Of a stretch of 24,913 bases of DNA, positions 8,801 through 16,567 are shown piece by piece. Source of the DNA: a virus (lineage: Duplodnaviria > Caudoviricetes); IMG/VR virus record IMGVR_UViG_3300049811_000016, positions 1-24,913 of that record; one strand, written 5' to 3'. Within the stretch, counting starts at the first letter, position 1; the number at the start of each line of letters is the position of its first letter. The notes beneath the pieces were generated by a model. The model saw only the letters and a program-made list of their open reading frames with translations. It was not told the origin of the DNA and searched no databases. A program made the position numbers and the translations under genes.

Positions 8801-9017
8801 TGGCGAGTTCGTAAAGCGCATGCGCGTCACCTCTCGCGCTCGCTCCGGGGTCACCGGCGTGACCTCCACGGCGTTCGGCCAGCCCTCGGTCGGCAGCGCG
8901 GTGCGCTCGATCCTCCCGGACGCTGTCGCCCCGCCGCCAATCATCCCTCCGCGGATTCAGCACAAGGCGAACGTCGCAGGACTGCAGTCGGCTATCTTCG
9001 GCGCGCCATCGGTCTAG
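5898..9017 (+). CDS. Large repeat-containing tail protein (1039 aa as read; probably truncated from a gene ending at 9286)
   Basis: GAGGAGG RBS; dozens of ~20-23-aa degenerate repeats (V.P.GF....FG...V.N.N); ends at TAG 9015-9017 although repeat-like coding continues. Confidence 0.8.
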   Translation: MSYSPPSSPLNFTFVDGGYSPLSSPLTLAFVVATTQEVYPQSLGETGAVGEPLDVRNRNQFVEPQGVEGTVSYGTANVYNLRQFVEAQGFITSDVGAAIARWTQYVDIDGFVTSEVFAPSAASYPVRLVFNVPREPQAPPLVFNFAFGDGLGVIAQGIAGQVGSADVSNTSLDIRPAGLDSPVVGDPGASNASLDIRPSGFIATTIGAGAAYAQQRVNAAGFVAQQFGTASVVNFLQYVQPAGLLAQAFGSAEAYNFNKEVFVNGLDGFASADGHEVFNYRGIITASGFTSGAVSAPLSVDFWLRRVRPVNIDSAEVGAHLAQLKNRSVQPPSFVATEIGSASVSYLNRSITAPGVEVWSVPPPAVFDPRQFVRPLGFGAAFGTASLRNRNQTFRAPHVFDLEFGSHLVRNKNQEVYLPPAVDFEPADFGQVSIRNRNIEVFPDTIAPTQLRGRHEVYLDDIAVHATAGDLGAVGEPWVSNFNRSLLAEGFDSARPPLWFNTSVRNTAGVARPPGFDAEAFGAHVVTLPKIVKPAVTVFDRYGTPYVSLSPITVAPPGQRTASVSMSARASVSPQRVLASWDVPDAIGAVLLEIRRNIVGVQSFRSATFGSTAVANRNRQVRPFTIIGEYGAPRVANRNQFVSPQGYVDERVGLHWVRDRTSYVRPFSVRGSFGNALLQKFPPDPPGLQAVYPASITAELPRPPTIFDSTVRPPGQNFARFGTPEARTNTILVRGIFEDFVSLTRHSIPIARVVSVPSLLAQDTYGFHGASPLTVWATSTAPGQAINNHGGKRWEPVDFQLQVGVGRPTVSNRNRVVFVSPQGPTTAFGTPFASTRPQRLLTTGFRSDRIGVPSIPNPGAIELLSGIDATEFGVAVVGPYVAPNTTQTVRPAATNGQFGTAWVANFTRYINASGFTNPSFGDPWVSTAPIYTPAEGFDTLATGLTFIAYRVRELPVEGFDSFTDGPTLGEFVKRMRVTSRARSGVTGVTSTAFGQPSVGSAVRSILPDAVAPPPIIPPRIQHKANVAGLQSAIFGAPSV

Positions 9018-9286
9018 CGGGTCGAGGGCGGAATCATCATGGCGAGGGCGCTGTGGCCCGACGAGTACGGCACCCCGTCGATCCTCGCCAGAGTCAAGCC
9101 GGCCGTCATCACCGGATCAATCGGCTCGGCGTCGGGGCTCTCCCCGTCTACGCCTCGCCGGCAAACGCGGACGAGTTCGGCCTTCCGGTGGCCGCTGCGC
9201 CGCCCGGACACACCTGCGGGATGCTCGCGCGCGGTGTGGCCGCAAATAGCATCGCGGGCAGCGTAGGAGCGCACAGCGTTGGGTGA
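9018..9286 (+). pseudogene. Disrupted 3' extension of the repeat tail gene (in-frame TAG plus -1 frameshift near 9134-9137)
   Basis: The same frame after the TAG reads RVEGGIIMARALWPDEYGTPSILARVKPAVITGSIGSAS; the -1 frame then reads ALPVYASPANADEFGLPVAAAPPGHTCGMLARGVAANSIAGSVGAHSVG* to TGA 9284-9286, overlapping the next start. Confidence 0.6.
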
Positions 9287-10457
9287 AGTCACGCTCGGCC
9301 CATGGCCTCTCGGGATCGACAACGTCTCGCCGGACAACCGGCTGACGGCGGACGATCGTGGGCGCGTGATCTCGCTTCGAGACGCGGTCAACGTCGACAT
9401 CGATCGCGCCGGCCAGCCATCGCGCCGGCCGGGGCTCACGGTAGCCAATGCCGCCGCGGCCCATTCCCTGTGGGCGTGCAGGCTTGGCGCGTTCTGCATG
9501 GTCGGGGCGGCGCTGAACCGGGTCTCTCTCTCTGGCGGGACGATGACGCTGACTCCGCTGATGACGCTCGCCAGTGCCGAGCCGGTGAGCTACACCGAGC
9601 TGATGAACCGGGTGGTGTTCAGTAACTCGGGCACCATCGGCGAGATCACGCCGACCGGCGTGCGTCAGCTCGGCGTACCAGAGCCGGCATCGTTCGCTCT
9701 GTCGGCCGATTCGGCCGGCGGGCTGTTCCCTGGGCGATACGGCGTGGTCGTGACCAACGTCAGCGCAACGGGCGAGGAAAGCGCCGCGTCCGCGCTCGCG
9801 ATGGTTGATGTCGCGGCAAACGGCGGGCTACTCCTGACCGGCCTGAGCCACACGACGACGCTGCGCGTCTACCGCACCGAGGCGAACGGCGACGTGCTGT
9901 ACCGCGCGGCCGAGGTTCCGGCCGGCATGACCGAGTACCTGATCGGCGCCGGGCAGCTTGGCAAGGTGTGCGACACGCGGCACATGGCGCGGACGCCGCC
10001 CGGCCGGATCGTGCGCTACTGGAACGGCCGCCTGCTGATCGCACGCGGGCGTCACCTGTACTTCACCGAGGCCCTGCGCTACGGACTGGTCGACCCCCGT
10101 CACGCCTTCGTGACCATGCCGGGCCGCATCACGATGGTGCGGCCGGTGGACGCTGGCGTGTTCGTGTCCACAAGCGCGGGCGTGCGCTTCCTGCGCGGCA
10201 ACGCGCCGTCGGCGTGGGAGGTCGTGGATACCAGCTCGGAGCCGGCGGTGGAAGGCACCGACATCGAGATCGCCGCATCGATCCTGTCCGGCGACGCCGG
10301 CGGGCGCAAGGCTGCTTTGTGGCTCACCGGCCGCGGCTTCGTCATCGGCGGCGCCGATGGGACCGTGACCGAGCCGCAGGCTGCAAGAATCCGACTGGCC
10401 GCGCAGGCCGGCGGCATCGCGGTGAATGACCGCAGACTCGTTGCCATCGTCAAATGA
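9279..10457 (+). CDS. Putative tail structural protein (392 aa)
   Basis: TTG start with AGGAG at 9265-9269; phage-like codon bias; G.DN...LRDAVNVDID..G..RRPG N-terminus; beta-rich; located in the tail gene block. Confidence 0.75.
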   Translation: MGEVTLGPWPLGIDNVSPDNRLTADDRGRVISLRDAVNVDIDRAGQPSRRPGLTVANAAAAHSLWACRLGAFCMVGAALNRVSLSGGTMTLTPLMTLASAEPVSYTELMNRVVFSNSGTIGEITPTGVRQLGVPEPASFALSADSAGGLFPGRYGVVVTNVSATGEESAASALAMVDVAANGGLLLTGLSHTTTLRVYRTEANGDVLYRAAEVPAGMTEYLIGAGQLGKVCDTRHMARTPPGRIVRYWNGRLLIARGRHLYFTEALRYGLVDPRHAFVTMPGRITMVRPVDAGVFVSTSAGVRFLRGNAPSAWEVVDTSSEPAVEGTDIEIAASILSGDAGGRKAALWLTGRGFVIGGADGTVTEPQAARIRLAAQAGGIAVNDRRLVAIVK

Positions 10458-10467
10458 GGAGACCCTG

Positions 10468-11052
10468 ATGGACATGCACAAGCACCACCGCGAACTCGCC
10501 GGCGCCCTCCGCGATGATCGCTTCGACGTATCCGAGGGCGGGGTGGTTCTGATGGGCGCTGTTCGTGCGCAGGGCGTGTTCGACGAGTACGTCAACGGCG
10601 TGCTCGTGGCCTCGCACACGAACCGCGTGGTGGATCAGGGCTTCGTCGACATCCTGAACACCTACTTCCACACGACCAACAAGAAGGCCGGCTTCTACGT
10701 GGCCTTGTTCGCCGGCGCCGTCACCCCGGCAGCGAACTGGACCGCCGCGTCGTTCCCCGCGACCGCAAGCGAGATCACCTCGGGGTCCGAGGGTTACACG
10801 CAATCGACGCGCCCGGTGTTCACGGTTGCCGCCGCGGCCACGCCGCAGATCGACAACTACGCCTCGAAGGCTGCGTTCACGATCGCCACCGCCAGCACGC
10901 TCAACGTGAACGGCGCCGCGATCCTGAGCGAGCCGACGAAGGGCTCGACGTCGGGCGTTCTGGTGGCTGCCGCGCGCTACGCGAACACCCGTCAGCTCCA
11001 GAACGGCGACAGCTACGAGGTCGGCTACCGCTTCGTCTTCAGCGCGGTGTGA
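10468..11052 (+). CDS. Putative tail structural protein (194 aa; start ATG 10468)
   Basis: GAGGAG RBS before ATG 10468; N.VVDQG...IL, YVALF.G...P, EGYT..TRP, NGAAI.S...KG.TSG.L.AAARY motifs; highly biased codons. Confidence 0.8.
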   Translation: MDMHKHHRELAGALRDDRFDVSEGGVVLMGAVRAQGVFDEYVNGVLVASHTNRVVDQGFVDILNTYFHTTNKKAGFYVALFAGAVTPAANWTAASFPATASEITSGSEGYTQSTRPVFTVAAAATPQIDNYASKAAFTIATASTLNVNGAAILSEPTKGSTSGVLVAAARYANTRQLQNGDSYEVGYRFVFSAV

Positions 11053-13523
11053 TGCGTCGCGACATCGCCAACGTATCCATCGTCGGCGATGTCGCCATCG
11101 GGCGGCGGTTCCTTCCGGCCGCCCGAAAGATGCTCAACCGGCTTCAGCAGCGGCTCGACGCCGGCGGGGTTCCTTCCGGCGGCGACCACGGCCCGTTGTC
11201 CGACGACGTCTACTGCTACGCGCGGATCGCGGGCGGGGTGGCGACGATCGAGATACACGCCAACCCGCTCGCGCCGCCCGGGGCCGAGCCGGAGAAGATC
11301 GACCGGCTGACCATCCCTGACTTTCTCTCTGGCGCCGGCCTCGACAATTCGATCGACGGCGGCCTCCTGAAGTCGTTCCTGCCGACGCGCGAGTGCGCGA
11401 TTGCGTTCGGCATGCCGATGGTCCCCCAGCCCGTCAAGCGGCTTGCGATTACGCCTCACGAAAGGCTTCGCGACCAATTGGAGAACAGGCGCCCGCCACC
11501 TGTCCTCGCGCAGTCGGCGCGGCTTCGCCCCACGCTCTACAGCGGGACGATGAAGCGACTGGTGCAGATGCTCCTCGGGTACGGCAAGCAGGCCAAGAAG
11601 TCGATCTACGGCCGCGAGCTTGTGCTGCGGCCTGACGAGACGTTCGACCCGCCACCGACGAAGTTCGAGCGCGACACCGCGAAGAACGGACTGCAGGTGC
11701 CCTACGACTGGCGATGGCACCGCACGCACGGACTCACGCGCGCGCAGGATGGGCGATGGTGGATCGTCGAGGTTCGGTCTGGCGTCGGCATCCACGCCAT
11801 GCCAATGCGCCGGCACCTGGGGTCGATCACTGAGGAGTTCCGCAAGAAGGCAGAGGACAAGGCAGACGGGTTCACGCTGGAGGTGCTGGACCTGTTCGGT
11901 GGCCTGCCGACGGGTGAGCCGTTCCCGAGCGGCGAGGAGCTTGATGCGAAAGTCAGGGCCGGGATGATCTTGCGCGGTGCCGATGCGGACGATGTAGCTC
12001 AGTTCTACAGCCACTCGCCGTACAGCACGATGCTCGGCTGGGCCTTCAGCGACAGCGGTCGCAAGGCCACGAACACCGCTTGGCGCTACGGCGGTGACCG
12101 GGTGCAGCGTGGCGTCCACTTCGGCATTGACCTGAACGTTGGCGCGGTGAGGGAGATCAAGCCTCCGGCCAACGCCGACGCCCTGAAGCGCAGGATCGCC
12201 TCAAAGGCGCGAGAGTTTCCTCGCCGCATCGAGGCTGCGCTGTTCAAGATCGACCTACTCACGGACGATCAGGTATCTGACCTGATGCGCGCGCAGATCG
12301 ATGATGCTTTTGGTGAGCTTGACAAGATGGTTGTTGACCCGGTCGCGGTGTTCTCTGCCGCCATCGGGAAGCACAGCGAGGGGAAAGTCTACTGGCCTAC
12401 GATCTTCAGTCCGCAGATCAAGTTCCCTACGCTTGGTGGCGACATCCTATCTCACGACATGACCCCACTGAATCCGCTGATCCCGGTGAGTGGCGAGCAA
12501 TACTGCGATACCGTTATGCACGCATTTTTCAGTGGCGAGCAACTTCGAGTCGTGAAGTTCTACAAGGGGCCTACCGATAACCGCAGCGGAGAGGAGAATG
12601 ATTTCGAGCAGTGCATGAACAAGGGCTCTTGGTTCAGCAGAACTTTCAGCGGCCAGTACGGCGTGCAGCCCGGGTTCTACACCGAGACGTTCGACGACAG
12701 GCAGGAGACTTGGGAAAATCTGACCGAGTCAAGAATCAAGGGCGACGACCTTGGGTACGTTCGCGTTGCTTTCGGCGACAGCCCGGAAAACCTCGAAGCA
12801 TCGTTTATGTTTCGTGAGCGCGGATTCAGGATTACAACAAGCACGACCTCATGGACTGATAGGCGGTACGGAGCGGCGATAGCAATTCCTTGCTGGTTTC
12901 GTGAGGCTTACTACTACGCCGTCAGGGATTCTTACGGAAGCGTCTCAAGATCAAAGACGGTGTTCTATCGGAACGTTCGTGACCCGTGGAGTTACTTAGG
13001 CTGGAGAAACTTCTTCAACATCCAAGGCAGGCAGCATCCGGCCGGATGTGGAAGTCCGAGCGTTCGCAGAGTTTCAGCAGGAGGGTACAGTCCCGGTCTG
13101 TGCAGTGATGATGCTGACAACGGCCCATGGGCAACGATATGCCAGCAGATTGAACCGATGGCGTACAGCATTTCACTACCAAACATCCCCGGTGAGATTG
13201 AGCCGCCGAAGTCGAAAGCATCGCTGACTGTGCACCTCGTCTGTTCCGGGAAGGAGACCCCAATCCTTACGTACAACGAAGTCCGTGAGGGGCAGGACTC
13301 ATGGTTTCTCGGCTACAGGTGGTTCAGGCCGTCACCTGACCCTGAAGGCGGTGACCCCGATAGAATCCAAGCGACCGGAACTGTCCTTGGGACCGGGGAT
13401 GCCGTCGTGTACGCGCGAAACATCAACGACGGCATTAACGCGCTTCACGGTCTACCGAATAGCCCGAGCTACATCAACAATGGCGTGACCTTCATGGGGG
13501 TGGTGAATGTCGATTCCGTGTGA
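11052..13523 (+). CDS. Large hypothetical virion protein (823 aa)
   Basis: ATG overlaps the upstream TGA (TGATG); long uninterrupted ORF within the structural block; Cys- and aromatic-rich C-terminal half. Confidence 0.8.
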   Translation: MRRDIANVSIVGDVAIGRRFLPAARKMLNRLQQRLDAGGVPSGGDHGPLSDDVYCYARIAGGVATIEIHANPLAPPGAEPEKIDRLTIPDFLSGAGLDNSIDGGLLKSFLPTRECAIAFGMPMVPQPVKRLAITPHERLRDQLENRRPPPVLAQSARLRPTLYSGTMKRLVQMLLGYGKQAKKSIYGRELVLRPDETFDPPPTKFERDTAKNGLQVPYDWRWHRTHGLTRAQDGRWWIVEVRSGVGIHAMPMRRHLGSITEEFRKKAEDKADGFTLEVLDLFGGLPTGEPFPSGEELDAKVRAGMILRGADADDVAQFYSHSPYSTMLGWAFSDSGRKATNTAWRYGGDRVQRGVHFGIDLNVGAVREIKPPANADALKRRIASKAREFPRRIEAALFKIDLLTDDQVSDLMRAQIDDAFGELDKMVVDPVAVFSAAIGKHSEGKVYWPTIFSPQIKFPTLGGDILSHDMTPLNPLIPVSGEQYCDTVMHAFFSGEQLRVVKFYKGPTDNRSGEENDFEQCMNKGSWFSRTFSGQYGVQPGFYTETFDDRQETWENLTESRIKGDDLGYVRVAFGDSPENLEASFMFRERGFRITTSTTSWTDRRYGAAIAIPCWFREAYYYAVRDSYGSVSRSKTVFYRNVRDPWSYLGWRNFFNIQGRQHPAGCGSPSVRRVSAGGYSPGLCSDDADNGPWATICQQIEPMAYSISLPNIPGEIEPPKSKASLTVHLVCSGKETPILTYNEVREGQDSWFLGYRWFRPSPDPEGGDPDRIQATGTVLGTGDAVVYARNINDGINALHGLPNSPSYINNGVTFMGVVNVDSV

Positions 13524-14658
13524 CTACGTCGTCGATACCACTTCCGCGTCCGATGCTAGAACGGACGTGACTGGCGCGCACTTGTCGGAGTCGATGCGTG
13601 CAGAGGACGCGCTCGCCGCGGTCGTCGCCGCCCTACTGGTGTCGACCTCTGGCATCGCGGTGGCGGCAACAGAGACCGCGGCCTCGATGGTCGTCGATCA
13701 GGCTCAGGTCTCGTCGCTGACACAGCAGTCGCTTGTCGCTTCCACGCTCGTTGCGGATGACTGCGCGACCAGCGATGCGCTCGCGTCGTGGCTGTCCAAC
13801 TTGCAGGTCGACCAGTCCGGAATCGCCGATGCGTTGGCGGCCACGATCCAGAATGCGCTTTCGGATTCGTCAACGATGGCTGTCGTGGTGTCGGCCCCCG
13901 TTGATGTCGCCAACAACATCGTCGACAGCCCGAGGCTGTCGGACGAGGCCACGCAGTTCATGGTCTCGCTGGTACTGGATGCGGTGGCCGTTGCCGATCC
14001 TGCTGTCGAGGTCAGAACGGTGGTCGACCTTCCGATCGACGGGGTGACCGTGTCGGTTCAGGTGACGCAGGCAAACCTTTCCACGCAGCTCGTCGTAGAC
14101 CGGTCGGCCGCGTCGTCCGTCACGGCCGGCAGCCTGACCGCGGTCAACGTGGTGTTGATCGAGACCTTCGTCCGTGACGAGCTGTACGTGCCGGGCGGGG
14201 TCGCGTGGACGGCGTTGGCCGAGACGTGGGGCATGAGCCGGTACAGCGGGCTCGACGTGAACTCGATCGCCGAGATCGACGGCACGCTGTACGTGGCCGG
14301 CAGTTCGATCTTCGCCTTGCGCGGCGACACGGACAACGGCGCGCAGGTGCCTGCCAGCATCCTCACCGCGATTCGGGACATTGGTCCTCTTGCGAGGCCG
14401 CGCTACTGCTACGCCGGCTACACCTCGAACGGCGGCGTCGCCGTCACGGTGACCGGCGCAGAGGACGGAACGCCGGAGACGTACACCTTCCCGTTACCGG
14501 CTCGGCCAGCCCTCTCGTGGCCCACGCCGGGGCGGGCCAAGCTCGGCCGCGGAATGCGCTCGCGCTACTACCAGTTCGGCTTCTCGAATCAGACTGGCGC
14601 GCAGTTCACGCTACTCGACCTTCGTATCATGGTCGATGAGGCCGCGAGGAGAGTCTGA
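13507..14658 (+). CDS. Putative tail protein with N-terminal Asp/Ser/Val/Ala-rich repeats (383 aa)
   Basis: Overlaps the upstream gene by 17 nt; degenerate repeats (LV.D....SD..) followed by a globular C-terminus (SRY.....NS...RAKLGRGMRSRYYQF). Confidence 0.75.
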   Translation: MSIPCDYVVDTTSASDARTDVTGAHLSESMRAEDALAAVVAALLVSTSGIAVAATETAASMVVDQAQVSSLTQQSLVASTLVADDCATSDALASWLSNLQVDQSGIADALAATIQNALSDSSTMAVVVSAPVDVANNIVDSPRLSDEATQFMVSLVLDAVAVADPAVEVRTVVDLPIDGVTVSVQVTQANLSTQLVVDRSAASSVTAGSLTAVNVVLIETFVRDELYVPGGVAWTALAETWGMSRYSGLDVNSIAEIDGTLYVAGSSIFALRGDTDNGAQVPASILTAIRDIGPLARPRYCYAGYTSNGGVAVTVTGAEDGTPETYTFPLPARPALSWPTPGRAKLGRGMRSRYYQFGFSNQTGAQFTLLDLRIMVDEAARRV

Positions 14659-16559
14659 TGGCGAACGGGACGAACTACTACGATCGGCCGTACCAGATCG
14701 TCAATTCCGAGATCAACGACATGGCCGCCCGCGCCGACGCGGCGATCGAGGTCGCGAACTCGGTCATCTCGGCGCTGTCGGGGCTGCAGGTATCCCTCCA
14801 GTCGACGCCGCCGCGCTTCCCTCTCGGTCAGATCAGGCAGCCATCGCAGGCTCAGATTGCCCCGCCGAGCCCGGCCCGGTTCGGCGACATCTCCTCGCTG
14901 AACCTTCCGCCGTTCGAGGACTTGCCGCTTGACCTGAACGACATCGACATCGACGTCGGCGAGTTCAGCGAGCCGTACCGGCTCCAGCGGCCGGCGGCGC
15001 CCGGCCCGATCGACACGTCAGGCGAGCCGCTGCGGCCTGACGTCAACGGCATCACAGTGCCCGCATTCGACGTGGACACGACCGTCCCGCCGCTGCAGGC
15101 GCTCGACGACATCACGATCCCGTCCTTTACCTTCCCGACGATGCCGACCTTCACCGCGGTCGCGCCGGAGTACGAAGTCGTGCCCCCGTCGGCCTCGCTC
15201 GACTGGTCCGAGCAGCCGTACAGCCGGGAGATTCTGAGCGAGGTCAAGGCCCGCGTGTCGGAAATGCTTGCCGGCGGCACCGGCCTTCCTCCCGACGTCG
15301 AGGCCGCGCTGTTCGCCCGCAGTCGCGCGCGCGAGGACATGCTGGCGGTCAAGCAGGAGCAGGAGGTGGCGGACCAGTTCGCTGCCAAGGGCTTCGACGC
15401 GCCGCCCGGGATGATGGTGCGCGCGATCGACGCAGTCCGCGAAGACAACCGCCTCAAGGCGAGCGCGGTCAACCGCGACCTGACGATCAAGGCAACTGAC
15501 GTCGAGATCGAGAACCTTCGGTTCGCTGTGACCAACGGAATTGCTCTGGAGCAATTGCTCATCAACGTGTGGAACAACAGCGCGCAGCGAGCGTTCGAGG
15601 CCGCGCGGTTCCGCGTCGAGGCCGACCTGCGGCTGCACGACTCACTGGTGGCCGCGTTCAACGCGCGGATGCAGGCGTACCAGACCGAGGTGCAGGTGTT
15701 CGACACGCGGACCCGCGCCGCGCTGTCGGTGCTCGAAGGGCGGCGCATCGAACTCGAAGGGCTTCGCGTGCGCGGTGAACTGAACCAGCAGAAGGTCGCG
15801 ATCTTCAACGCGCTGGTCGAGGCGATGCGGAACCGCATCCAAGCCTACAGCGCGCGAGTGGAAGCATCGAAGGCCGAGGCGGACGTCGTCCGTGCGCAGA
15901 TTGAGGCGTACCGCGTCGACGTCGAGGCGTACACGCAGAAGCTCTCGGCCCGGAAGCTGGCGTTCGACGCCTACGAGGCGTCGACCCGCGCAGAGAGTGC
16001 GCTCGCGCAGGGCAACGAAGCAGCAGCCCGCGCCTTCGCCGCGACGGTGAGCGCGCAGGAGGCGAAGGCGAACGTTCGCATCCGGGTGCTGCAAGCGCGG
16101 ATCGAGGCCGTGCAGGCGTCCGTGCAGAAGTTCGCCGCTCTGGTGCAGGCCGAGTCCGGGCGCATCGCTGCGCAGCGCGACGCGATTCAGGCGACCGCTG
16201 CGGCCTACGGCGCAGAGATGGGCCGCTTCACCGCGGAGATCAATCGCGACACCGCTGACCGGCAGCTCGCGGTGAGCGTGCAGGAGGCCAACCTGCGCAA
16301 CAACCTCGCCTACTACGAGATCGAGGTCAAGGAGTACGACGCCCAGCTCGCGCGCATCATCGAGGTCGCTCGCGTGCAGCAGGCTGCGCTGGATTCTGCC
16401 GGCCGCTCCGCGGCGCAGCTTGCCGCCGGCGCGATGGCAGCGATCAACGTTGGCGCCAGCCTGTCCGGCAGCGCAAGCGTCAGCGACAACTTCAGCACCT
16501 CGTTCTCGCAGAGCAAGACGTGGAACTACGACGGCGAAGACCCGAACCCCAGCTTCTAA
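14658..16559 (+). CDS. Coiled-coil virion protein, possible internal/ejection protein (633 aa)
   Basis: TGATG coupling; Pro-rich N-terminal third, long Ala/Gln/Glu-rich heptad region, and a small-residue hydrophobic segment AQLAAGAMAAINVGASLSG near the C-terminus. Confidence 0.75.
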   Translation: MANGTNYYDRPYQIVNSEINDMAARADAAIEVANSVISALSGLQVSLQSTPPRFPLGQIRQPSQAQIAPPSPARFGDISSLNLPPFEDLPLDLNDIDIDVGEFSEPYRLQRPAAPGPIDTSGEPLRPDVNGITVPAFDVDTTVPPLQALDDITIPSFTFPTMPTFTAVAPEYEVVPPSASLDWSEQPYSREILSEVKARVSEMLAGGTGLPPDVEAALFARSRAREDMLAVKQEQEVADQFAAKGFDAPPGMMVRAIDAVREDNRLKASAVNRDLTIKATDVEIENLRFAVTNGIALEQLLINVWNNSAQRAFEAARFRVEADLRLHDSLVAAFNARMQAYQTEVQVFDTRTRAALSVLEGRRIELEGLRVRGELNQQKVAIFNALVEAMRNRIQAYSARVEASKAEADVVRAQIEAYRVDVEAYTQKLSARKLAFDAYEASTRAESALAQGNEAAARAFAATVSAQEAKANVRIRVLQARIEAVQASVQKFAALVQAESGRIAAQRDAIQATAAAYGAEMGRFTAEINRDTADRQLAVSVQEANLRNNLAYYEIEVKEYDAQLARIIEVARVQQAALDSAGRSAAQLAAGAMAAINVGASLSGSASVSDNFSTSFSQSKTWNYDGEDPNPSF

Positions 16560-16567
16560 GGTGACCT

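Noticed and set aside
9015-9017. Genome-wide TAG reassignment (genetic code 15) to explain the in-frame amber codon
   Set aside because: All other long genes, including the >2240-codon ORF, are open in the standard code with no internal TAG; no suppressor tRNA is visible; and recoding would not explain the nearby frameshift.
9039-9266. 75-aa ORF as an independent gene
   Set aside because: Its first half continues the upstream repeat in the same frame, and its second half is out-of-frame Arg/Pro/Ser-rich text; better explained as the broken tail of 5898-9017.
3875-9286. Diversity-generating retroelement target/template pair or invertible tail-fibre cassette
   Set aside because: No reverse transcriptase or invertase, no ~100-bp near-identical repeat differing at adenines and no inverted-repeat-flanked segment was seen; elements outside the window cannot be excluded.
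10426-10467. Longer start for the 10426-11052 ORF
   Set aside because: It overlaps the upstream gene; GAGGAG directly precedes ATG 10468.
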